Source: Mytilus edulis
Lineage: Eukaryota
Length of the DNA: 64,000 nt
Direction of reading: 5' to 3'
NCBI RefSeq assembly: GCF_963676685.1
Contig: NC_092351.1
Span: forward strand, 42,594,001-42,658,000
Position numbers and translations under genes: made by a program. Below, in pieces: positions 13,311-23,420 of this stretch. Below the pieces are notes generated by a model. The model did not search any database. It was not told the DNA's origin and was given only the letters and a program-made list of their open reading frames with translations. Every line of letters begins with the position of its first letter. Position 1 is the first letter of the stretch.

Positions 13311-13574
13311 TGTAATTCCAAATCAATGTATAACCCTATTATTTGGATTTTTGATCGAAATTACGAAGTTCTTTACCTGGTTCCTATGAGAAGTTTATTC
13401 TTCTATGCTCTTCTACGCTCAATGTAATCATCTGGCACACATTTGAATATTAAGTTTTCCCTCATTGATCTGAATTGTTGCTCTGTTACTTTATCTTTTA
13501 ATTGTCTGTTTTTCTTTAAATAGAATGCACGTTGGTTCACCCATGTCCTGTTCTCTGTTTTACATTTCAATTAA

Positions 13575-14180
13575 TAAATTAATAATAATATTTTATTCAA
13601 TAAAATATCAAGCATATTTATAATTACAAAACACAGTATATACATAAAAACAATACTAACACATCAATGGTAAAATATATTGGCATTATTATGAGTGCAG
13701 TATCCTTAATTGTATGAAAAAAATTGCTGATATTTTATAAGGGATAACCCATGAAAGCTCTAAAGTTTGTTTCCTATGGGGTCCCTTAATGTAAACGGCT
13801 GATAGTTTCGACGTACAAAAAAAAAAGATAACACACAAATTAATTTGACATAAAAATTTATTTAAAAATTATTTATATAAAAATATGATTAATAATATGA
13901 AAAGGAGTCTGATGAAGCCGCACTTGAACTTTTGGTCAAGTGCTCTTTGACGCTAATTTTGAATTCCTTTATTTGTTTAACATTAATTGGCAACATATTC
14001 CAATCTTGTATGCCAATAAAATAAAATGTGTCTTTTTGTTGCCTCTTTAGCTGGAGGAACCCAGAAGTCAGCAAATTCAAACTGTTAATGATATCCAAAG
14101 CGCAAGATTTGTTGAACCCATTGATACAGAAAACATGACTGAATTAAAGATATTGAAACACACACACACTTGTTAGATTT
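13575..14180 (-). mobile_element. 3' end of an L2/Crack/CR1-group LINE
   Basis: Minus translation DTFYFIGIQDWNMLPINVKQIKEFKISVKEHL (WNxLP motif), then a 3' stem-loop ggaccccatagg...atgggttatcc and an aataaa/(tta)n tail. Confidence 0.7.
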
Positions 14181-15325
14181 ATGACCATATGTTGAGTTTA
14201 AAAAGTCGACTAACATACGATTTTTATTTACGCAAACCCTTAGATTTTACCCATGGCTGTCTTTTTCGTTTGCTAAAAGCAAATATGCCAATAACCTCCA
14301 AAGAGTCATTAAACAACAATTTGTTTTTTATTAAGTTCATCTTGCATAAGTACCAACCCTATAATTGTGTTGCATACCAATGCATTTGCTTCATTTTCTG
14401 GGGAATACAAATCATTATTTAGAAACTCCAGTACATTTGGTGTAGGTAGTCCAATTAACTGAAGAGAGCATTTCTACACGTTTTTGTTGTTTCTATATAT
14501 TGCATTTGCTGCACGGACGGATGAAAAAAATAATAGCCCTCCTTAATTGATTTTAAACGCAAATGATGGCTGTACGATCGGGTTTTTTTCCGCACTAAAC
14601 AGAATGAATTTAGTTTTTGAAATTTTGAGCGTACACTTTAAACAGAGTATTTATCTAACTGCTGAATTCGAAACAGAATCAAAAAAGTGTTAATGAACGA
14701 AAATCAATCGCGTCTTAAGAGAAAAAAAAACCAAATGTTTTAATTGCAAAGACTGATTTTTTTTAAAAATCGTTGATATTCCGAGTGACAATCTGTACGT
14801 ACATGTACATCAGAGTTATCCTGTTTTAATTGGCTCCTTTCAATAAACGGCCTAACAAATTGTGTCCCGATTTCCGATATAAGAACGCGTTTCAATGAAA
14901 ATAGTTGGAAGTAGGCACATGTCCCTGAATGCGTTGTCAAATTGTTTTATTGTATGTTTTAAAATATGTTTTTGGCTGAATATAATATGTTCGAATACCT
15001 CTTTATGTATTTATATATTTGTATGATTCATTTTACACTGTACTTTAAATGACTACATCTGAGAAAGAAAATAATAATAACGTACAATCATTAATTGTTA
15101 CACCCCGGTTCTATTGTTATACTTCATTTCTGAAACACATAGCTTGAATAGATCTATTGTATCGAATATCAAAGGATTTTGACCACAGGGTGTGACGAGC
15201 GAGAAATCCCTTCTACCACATCCCGAAATCAGAGTTCAATTTTATTCCTGACAATATATATTTGCTTGAATTCTACATTTCAACACCATATGGCAACTTC
15301 TCAAAGACCATACTTTTAAAGCATT

Positions 15326-15441
15326 TTTATGTGCAATATACATAAGACAACGTCACTTGCTAAACTTTTATGTGCAATATACATAAGACATCACTTGCTA
15401 AACTTTTATGTGCAATATACATAAGACAACATCACTTGCTT
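15326..15441. repeat. ~40-bp tandem repeat x3
   Basis: ttttatgtgcaatatacataagacaac.tcacttgct occurs three times; two copies at about 49245-49322 and one at about 56972-57010. Confidence 0.85.
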
Positions 15442-15599
15442 AAATACATATTATTGTTTGAAATGTTGAATACAAACGACAGCACTCATTCTGCGTTAAT
15501 TGAGGTGGCTGGATTTGACACGTTACGAACGTTGATGATGGTGGTTTAGTTTGCTGCAGTACGGTTGCAGATGGTAGTTGCATGTTTTGACAAAACGTC

Positions 15600-16130
15600 C
15601 AATGCTGGTGCAACTATCCTCATTTAGTTTTTCAGGATTTCGTTTCTGTTGTTCTGATGGTCGACTGAATGACCATAATGCATTGCTCCGATGACAAGTT
15701 TGCTCCCTTAGAAGCTGCTCCGGAATGTTAACATTAAATAGGCGTAGTTGCTTTTAGAGAATGATTAGTTTAAATTTCATCTATACCTGCCTGTTTTTTC
15801 CCGACTGGTTGTTTGGAAAACCAAAACGGTCTTATCTCTATAACACGCAAGGGTCTGAAAATAAAAGGCTTCATTTGTTCTTTCTAATGACAACTTCTTA
15901 ATGTAGGTGTTGAATATTTGTACCGGACACCTATCTGGTTGATGCCTATTTTCAAATGCTCTGGCGTGTGTGTTTCAACATTCCTATGGTCAAGTCCTCC
16001 ATGTATGTTTTGGACAATGTTTCCATATACACCAACATTTGTTTGCCGTTATCTTCTGTCTCCCATTTTAATTTTTCCAAGCAGAGGTCGCGATGTTATT
16101 GACCACCTCGGAGACCAAAGCTTATATCTA
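15600..16130 (-). mobile_element. Crypton-type (DUF3504/ZMYM-like) tyrosine recombinase fragment, block A copy
   Basis: Paralog of 57150-57725; includes PDRCPV, GHRSNAL and a partial LRGG motif. Split by a SINE at 16134. Confidence 0.7.
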
Positions 16131-16133
16131 TTG

Positions 16134-16560
16134 CCCCTCAAGGGTGACTGGGGTATAGAAATATGGTCACTTGGTCTTCTCCCGACCGACAGTAAAACGC
16201 TTGCCGAAGTGGGGCGTCCGTTTGGCTGTGCGGGATGTATCAAGTTCGCAGTCACGTCCGGTCAGAAGGGGGACGTTAAATCCGATGCCTCGTGTAAAGA
16301 GAGTGTCACGCTCTTTGCACGTTAAGAACCCTTGCAACAACTCTTTGAGGGGTCCGTAGGTGGCCTGTTGCAAGGCAAAATTTCCGTCCCTATCAAATAA
16401 ACCCTTCTTTTCCGGTGGCAGTCCAAATTTCCCCGACCATCATCCCAGATGGTCCCTGTTGTAACAACCTGCCTATTGTGTTTGTTGTGAGCTTGTTCTC
16501 GTCCTGAATATGCATGAAATATTTGCCACTGGACGTAAAGCAAACAACAATCAATCAATC
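16134..16560 (+). mobile_element. Full-length Deu/Nin-domain-like SINE with TSD
   Basis: TSD atatctattg/atatcttttg (16124-16133, 16561-16570); Deu-like core gggacgttaaatccgatgcctcgtg...tgcacgttaagaaccc; tail ggacgt.aagcaa...(caat)n. The empty site is visible in the paralog at about 57690. Confidence 0.85.
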
Positions 16561-17786
16561 ATATCTTTTGTCCAAAACATGGTATGAAATAAAGTTTCTT
16601 GATCACTATATAAAAAAAAAACGTTTTCCCATAACATAGTTTCTGTTTCTTTAGCAATTCTTAATACTGTTGAATTTGATATCTGGAAGTAGATAACTAG
16701 TTCATCCATTAATTTCAGAATACTTTTGAATATAAGTTATGTAGTAGGTGGTTTCCTGTGATAAGGAAAAACACTAACAAGAGCTAAGGTTCTGATGTTT
16801 ATTATAAATTACTAGCAATTTTAAATTACATAAGTATGGACACTTTTACGAAATATCACAGATTTTATATTACAGAAATATAATATAAATATAATAAATA
16901 ATCCATTTAACTGTAACTAAGTATCAAGTGAAATGTATTACAGATAAAAATGTTCAATGTTTAGTGATTGAAATTGACATCAGAGTCATGTGTACTTTTA
17001 CATTTGGCTTGACTTGAAATCCACAATATTTGGAATGTGATCCGTAATTGATGTGTATCTGTGCATGTATTTTTCAGTTATGGGTTGTTTGCTTGTGAGA
17101 AAGCTTTCACATGTTTATTTTATCTTGGTATTTAATTTTTATTGTTTATTCAATATTACGGCGTTTCGATGTATTAATACTCATCCACGCCTGCTACTTT
17201 TTATTATTGCCCCCCCTGCTATGGTTTTACCAAGATTTCTAACAACCTCTGTTTTTGCCCTGTGTTTGTTATATGTCAGTCTTGTTATATTTAAGTCTTT
17301 ACGTCGGGCCTTTTATAATATTTTTTGTAAGATTCAATGTTACAACCTCCGGTCTATATATTGTTCCCTATTTATAATCATGATTTTACGGAATGGAAAA
17401 TATTATTAACAGCAAAATTTCTAGGTTATCTACGTGCATAAATAAAACAATTTGTAATGCCACTACAGTCAGATTATTTAACAAAAAAACACGTGGATAT
17501 CCACAAATGTTCCCGTGCAATGCCAAAAATGACTATAAAAAAGATGTGATATGACTGTTCTCAAAATACTATAAGTTCAACAGTGAACGGGAGAACATTT
17601 TGTCTCTCCTTTTTCTGTGATATTACCTGAAAAACTCTAAACCTGATATATGTGGTTACTTGAACCCAATCTAAGTGTGGTATTCAATATGTGGGACCGA
17701 CGGGACGAGAGTATTACAGAAGAAATCAAGAACATCTCTGCCGCTTTCGTAGACCCAAAAAATTCAAAAGTTTAGTATATCAACAT

Positions 17787-18087
17787 ACAATTTAATTTTG
17801 GATGTAACGCGTCTTCTGATTGGCTGACGTTATTTTGTTATCAGCCCTTAAACATAATGTAGACGTGTGACCGTGACGTCAACAACGTTTTTTCATTGTT
17901 TTTAAGGTTTAAAATGAAATTTAGAATTAAATTATAAGAAATGACTAATATTGTTTCTGTCTATTCGAATTAACATAAAAATGTGGTGCACACTGTTAAA
18001 TAACCCGCTACGCCCGTTATTCAGTGTGCACCAAATTTTTTATGTTATTTCGTCATAGACAGAAAAAATATTACAGTCATTCCTTAA
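17787..18087. mobile_element. ~300-bp insertion ending in a ~150-bp hairpin, no clear TSD
   Basis: Removing it restores the reading frame YQH-LDKHNH of the host element. Inverted arms ...ggtgcacactg..aataac / gttattcagtgtgcacc... span about 17934-18086. Confidence 0.75.
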
Positions 18088-18455
18088 TTAGATAAGCATA
18101 ATCACAATCTTAAATATATAAAATTGCAACCCCTGGAAACCGGCCAGAAAAACCAGGAGAATCACACAAGCAATTTAAAAAATCACGCGAAGTTCGCGAA
18201 TTAATTTGGATAAAAAGACTTCAAACAGCTTCTCCTCTCGGTTTCAATGACAAAATATTAGGACAGGGGTACATATCTAAAACTTCTATCGATGTCATTT
18301 ACATTGTTGATAAACGACTTGAAAATAGTAGGTCTCATGGTCAACGCAATACCGTAATCAGCGTACTAAACACCGTATAAATTATACTCTTGCTGCTCTG
18401 TTACCTATAATAAAAAATAATGGTTAACATCTAGTATTATGTAAACTGGGTCAGG

Positions 18456-19035
18456 TGGTCCGAGACCACAATTGTTGTGCCTTGATTTTCGTTGTTTCGA
18501 ATATAGTTCCTAGTGTTGACAGTGGGTTACCTGCCATTTATTTGTATACCCCTTCCAAAATTTATTTCTCCATGTTTAATATCTCAAATTGCAAGTAGGG
18601 GGTTGAAATCACACTGTAAAAAAAATTGGGTTTAGAATTTTAAAGAAAAGTAGTTATTTGGTCCAGCTGAAAAAAGGTTAAAAATTAGCACTTCGGAAGC
18701 TGTCAAAAGATTTCAAGACGCCCTAAACATAAAATTGTCCATATTTTGAGTTAGAGCCGATGGAGTTTTATATAATTTTGATATAACTTGTCCCAAATAT
18801 AGTACAACACACTGTAAAAATTTCATTGAGAAAGCACAGGTGGGATTTTTTATATTTTCATTTATGTTCTAATAGTTATCAAAGGTACCAGGATTATAAT
18901 TTAGTACGCCAGACGCGCGTTTCGTCTACATAAGACTCATCAGTGACGCTCATATCAAAATATTTATAAAGCCAAACAATTACAAAAAGAATTTCTAAAA
19001 GAAATGCACTACGGAATAATTGTGGTCTCGGACCA
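18456..19035. mobile_element. MITE with 18-bp TIRs, carrying a nested family C repeat
   Basis: tggtccgagaccacaatt (18456) and aattgtggtctcggacca (ends 19035). Removal restores approximately LCKLGQ-IPISKV in the Naiad ORF. Confidence 0.85.
18906..18949 (-). ncRNA. Minimal type I hammerhead ribozyme
   Basis: Minus strand reads GCGUCA-CUGAUGA-GUCU(UAUGU)AGAC-GAAA-CGCGCG-UC-UGGCGU, with a palindromic stem III ACGCGCGU. Confidence 0.9.
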
Positions 19036-19942
19036 GATACCAATAAGTAAAGTATATTCTATTTTTCTGGAGTGTGAGAAAATTTCTTTCTTTAGCCCGT
19101 TTTATGAATACACCCGTATTATTATCACAGACTATTTCCTAGTATTGATGAACCTGAAACGACATTTTCTTAAAATAAAATATGTAGAAAGAGGGTATTG
19201 ATTTTATTAACTTGTCTAGCATATTCAACGACTCCTCCGTCTACAGCTTAATACCTCCATATTTTGATAATCTAGAACCACCAATTATTTCATATTCTTA
19301 TAAAAAAAAAAACCGAGAAGTTTTTAATTATACGCCAGTTACATCACACGTCAATATAGAAAATCATGTTCCTTCCACTTAAGACTGCGATACATCTAGT
19401 TTTAAATATGTTCCCTATGGTCATATTATTACAGGAGACCTCAACATTGTCGAAGACTGTGAGGTCAACACTTGTCTAAAGAAAGGACCAAAATACCGTC
19501 CTCCATCTATAATAGATTGAAAACAGTGTCGGCAGGTCATTAAAGACGCTCTGTCTGCCTAGTGTAAAAATTGGTGCAAACGTGAAAAATCTGATAAACA
19601 ATCTCTAGACAGTTATTTAAATAAAATTATGAATACAGCTAATATACGAATATCTCATTTAGAAAACAATTCTGAAATTAATAATAAGATCCATTATATT
19701 CCCATTTCTAGAATAAAAAATAAACTCCAAGTACTCGCAGAGCCGTTTGTGTTCGTACCGGCAGACAAGACAGCCACTAATGCAGGGGTGGTGTGACGTA
19801 TATACTACACGGAAGTTCTTCAAAACGAAATTATCAATTCCTCTACATTCAGGTCCGTACGCACCACAGAGAGTCAAATCGTTTACAAGCTTATCACTGC
19901 CACTACCCAGCTTAAAGCCTCTTCCGAACATTTGAAAGTCCA

Positions 19943-20290
19943 TAAAATGGGGAATGTGTCAAAGAGACTACAACCCGACCATAGAACAGACAACAGCAGG
20001 AGGTCACTAACAGGTCTTGAATGAAGCGAGAGATTCCCGCATCCGCAGGCGTCCTTAAGCTGCCCCCTAAACAAATATATATACTAGTTCAGTGATAGTG
20101 AACGCCATACTAAACTCAAAATTGTACACAAGAAACTAAAATTAAAAAAAAATCACGACTAACAAAGTCCAGAGGCTCATGACTTGGGTCAGGCGCAAAA
20201 ATGCGGCGGGGTTAAACATGTTTATGAGATCTCAACTCTCCCCCTATACATGAACATCTAGCCAATGTAGAAAAGTAAACGCATATAACA
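19943..20290 (-). repeat. Dispersed repeat family B
   Basis: Reverse complement of 2860-2965 plus the tgacttgggtcaggc...gcggggttaaac core. Confidence 0.8.
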
Positions 20291-20291
20291 A

Positions 20292-20775
20292 GTTTTATAC
20301 CACGAAAACAATATCGCATATGAGATATGACGAAAGATCTTTAACATTCTGGTGTACAAATTATTCAAAAGAAAGGGGATACATTTTTTCTGTGGATACA
20401 AAGGAGACGGTTTGGGTGACCAAAACAGTTCTTTTGGCGCTAAAGACTGACATCAACTTTGCTGTGCCTTCATATCCTATCATAACAAAAGAAGTTGCTA
20501 TATTTACAGCTGATGCTGGACATCCTAGAATATTAAATTTATTCGTCGACGCATTCGCTGCTAGACAGTAAGTAAAGGATATTAAACTTTAAATAGATGG
20601 GGAAAACATTGCTATTGGGTTTTGAGAAATGGGAGATGAAGATCTAGCTGGAGACGACCCTTCACCGACGTTAGCAGAAAGAAAAACGAATCTATCAGAT
20701 GAGGTCTTAGATGGCTTCAAAAAATGACCGACCTTTCAGATACCAACTTATCAAATGCAAAACAAGCATTGCCAG
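20292..20775 (+). pseudogene. Decayed putative DNA transposase fragment (P-element-like motif order)
   Basis: MRYDERSLTFWC...DINFAVPSY...HPRIL...IDG...GDEDLAG; paralog of 63350-63880. Confidence 0.5.
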
Positions 20776-20789
20776 TTGGGAATGTACAC

Positions 20790-21255
20790 CTTACAATCCT
20801 TCCATACACCGAATATACAAGACCTATTGCTTACAGTATCTGAGATATGGACTTGACCACCAAAACTTAACCTTGTTCACTGATGCATGAAATGAGGTCG
20901 AGGTCAAGTGAAAACTGTCTGACAGGTATGAGGACCTTGCAAGATACGCACATACCATATATAGTAGTTATCCTATAGCTATTACCTATAATAAGAGAGA
21001 ATTTAACACAACAAAAAATGTTAACTTTTTTTTCAAAGTAGTCACTGAACCATGAAAATGAGGTCGAGGACATTGAACATGTGACTGACGGAAAGTTCGT
21101 AACATGAGGCATCTATATACAAAGTATGAAGCATCCAGGTCTCCCACCTTCTAAAATATAAAGCTTTTAAGAAGTTAGCCAACGCCGCGGCCGCCGCCGG
21201 ATCACTATCCCTATGTCGAGCTTTCTTCAACAAAAGTTGCAGGCTCGACAAAAAA
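20790..21255 (-). mobile_element. Truncated HINE-like element
   Basis: Terminal gtcgagc...gctcgac inverted repeat next to an A-run, a (gcc)n microsatellite, and a repeated catgaaa.tgaggtcgagg unit. Confidence 0.7.
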
Positions 21256-21796
21256 CCATAACTGATGAACAGTGAAAGTGAAAATCGTTAATATCAAATT
21301 TGATCTCCATTTTGCCATCAGTATATACGTACCAACATATTAAATTTTGAAAAGCTTAGGTTGAATGGTTCATGAGTCAATGCAACATTATGAATTGAAA
21401 CGCCATTTTTCGATCTTTCAAGAACCATAACTCCTGAACGGTAAAAGTCAAAATCAACATTATTGAACTTTACCTCCATTTTGTCATCAGTAACAACATA
21501 TAAAAATTTGGGAAGCTTTGGTGGAACATTTCATGCGTAAATGCACGGACACGACTGGAAACGCCATTTTTCAATCTTTTAAGAACCATAACTCCTGAAC
21601 AGTAAAAGTCAAAATCGTCATTATTGAACTTGACCTTTATTTTGTTGTTAGTAACAACATATTAAAATTTTAAAAGCTCTGGTTGAACGGTTCATGAGTA
21701 AATGCACGGACACCATTTGGTTGCCGCACGCCCGCCCAACCGCCGTACACATCAAATCAATAACCGTCATTTTTGTCACAAAAATCCGGTTAAAAA
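21256..21796 (-). mobile_element. HINE-like element with about 3 tandem ~165-bp repeats
   Basis: Units aaccataactcctgaac.gtaaaagtcaaaatc at about 21254, 21423 and 21584; (gccc)n microsatellite; terminal taaccg...cggtta inverted repeat. Confidence 0.7.
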
Positions 21797-22019
21797 CTTA
21801 ATAAAAGTAGTTGAAGGTGATTGAAAAATAAGTAAGTTGGCGAATGCCATAATTTTTTGGCAGACAAAACTTATACATTCACAAAGTATCATCAAAGATT
21901 TACTTGAATGCATAGACAAACTTTGTTTCACCATAGCATGTATAAATTGAACTAAAAATAATTACGTTTACGGCACGAATACAACTCTTTCTTTTGGATC
22001 GCAAAGTAATCTTAAATGC

Positions 22020-22400
22020 CTTAAATTGTTCTGTTTCAATTTTGCGTGTCAAAAGTTCTATATCCCATGTCATAACAATAGTTCAAAACGCTAGATTCAC
22101 ATAACAATTTGTACAAACTTGCATCTTTACCATGAATATCACCAACCCTACATAATAACCGTGGAAGATCCCCCGATACCTTAGCAACTGAAATTCTCAC
22201 AGTAACAAAGCTATTTTTTTATATGTTCTCATTGAATTTTCAAAAGATTGTTTTTTATAATTTCTGTCCAGTATCTTTCGTATCATGTCGCGAATCATCA
22301 TTTGTTCGTCGTCTGTTGGCACAGTAAAATTGCTGTCCTCGGGAGGGTCAGCTATAATGTCATTTAGTATCATCAAATCACTTTTCTCATTTATCAAAAC
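22020..22400 (-). pseudogene. Possible Ginger/KRBA2-type integrase C-terminal remnant
   Basis: Minus translation SGDLPRLLCRVGDIHGKDASLYKLLCESSVLNYCY resembles the C-terminal region of that family, from recall. Confidence 0.4.
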
Positions 22401-22879
22401 ATTTTTAGTTCCATCAGTTTGCTCACAAGTAAACCGCTGGTTTGACGATTTTTCTAGTAAAGTTCTTCATATTCTGAAACCTTTTCTTCCCACGTTATGT
22501 TTACTTCCCAAACATCAATTCAGTGAGCAATATTTATTTTCATGTTCATATAATTCTGGAATGCTAAAAACAGGAGATTAACAGATTAAATTAACTCGAA
22601 TTTTTTAAATAGTTTTTATTCACTTTACAATGGAAATTATATTCATCCGAGATTTCAGTTATGTTGATCTGTAACATGTGTAATATACATTTGTATCTTA
22701 TTAACTTAACTACCTTCTTAAAATCATACCTACCGTGCATTTACAGTCTAACTGCGAATTTTGAAAAAGACTCATCAGTGACCCTCAGTCAATAGTTAAA
22801 AGGTCTTACAAGTTCAAAGTTGAAGAGCATCTAAAAGACTCTAAATTTGACAGTGTGATTAAGTTTAACCAATTATGTA

Positions 22880-23420
22880 AACGAATTAAGTAAACCAAAG
22901 AAAACAATACGTTGAGTTAGAATTACAACATTTTTGTATTGACTTTAAAACCAAGTTTTTCAATAACATGGGCCATTATTGAGACTTCTTAAGGGCATTT
23001 TTCGTAATCTTGATTCATAAAAGGAAAATCATCAATATAATAACAACATCTGAAGCCATTATGTCGAAACAGAGCATAAGCAGGTTTCAACACTCTTGTG
23101 TAGAGCCTTGGAGCAGAAGCAATACCAAATGTTAAAACCGTAAATCTATGTCAATCATCTTTCCAGTAAAAGCATAGATATTTTCTGAAATTTTCATAAA
23201 TTAAAATGTGTTAAAATACCCGCATCGTTCCTGTCAATGGAACAGCAAAAATCAAGAATCAAATCTCAATCATATATGTTAAATTTCCCTGCTTAAAACA
23301 GTTTTATTCAATAAATTCATTCAATTTTCTTTAAATTGATGACTGGCCGAAGGTTTGGTTTTTTTCGGCAACAGAAATAAATTTGAATTTTTTACTTCCT
23401 CGTTTCACTGCTCCGTCCGA
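22880..23420 (-). mobile_element. DIRS-type retrotransposon RT fragment
   Basis: Minus translation LRPVINLK...HRFTVLTFGIASAPRLYTRVLKPAYALFRHNGFRCCYYIDDF...LGFKVN, with YIDD at 23028-23039. Confidence 0.85.

Larger units (their letters stand above)
8095..13399. repeat. Segmental duplication block (copy A), direct repeat of 51172-56577
   Basis: Colinear, highly similar sequence over about 5.3 kb, from ctttcgctccag to gaagttctttacctggtt. The ORF track shows near-identical pairs (9314/52464, 11523/54630, 12196/55303). Confidence 0.95.
17440..19940 (+). mobile_element. Naiad-type Penelope-like retroelement (N-terminal GIY-YIG, CxC linker, RT N-terminal part), decayed and interrupted
   Basis: DIT*KTLNLIYVVT*TQSKCGIQYVGPTGR...QEH...YQH|LDKHNH...QPLE...ELIWIKRLQTASPLGFND, then IDFINL...PPIISYSY, T*DC...GHIITGDL...KKGPKYR...FVFVPADK. 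The endonuclease precedes the RT. Confidence 0.88.

Noticed and set aside
13908-13935. Additional plus-strand CTGATGA hammerhead cores (also 5932, 21262, 24782)
   Set aside because: No stem II plus GAAA plus stem I/III pairing follows.
16134-16230. HDV-like ribozyme or true tRNA gene in the SINE head
   Set aside because: No P1 3' strand lies between the P3-like and P4-like stems, and there is no T-loop GTTCRA or D-loop consensus.
15918-16558. Cluster of overlapping ORFs
   Set aside because: They run across a GC-rich SINE and the antisense strand of a Crypton fragment.
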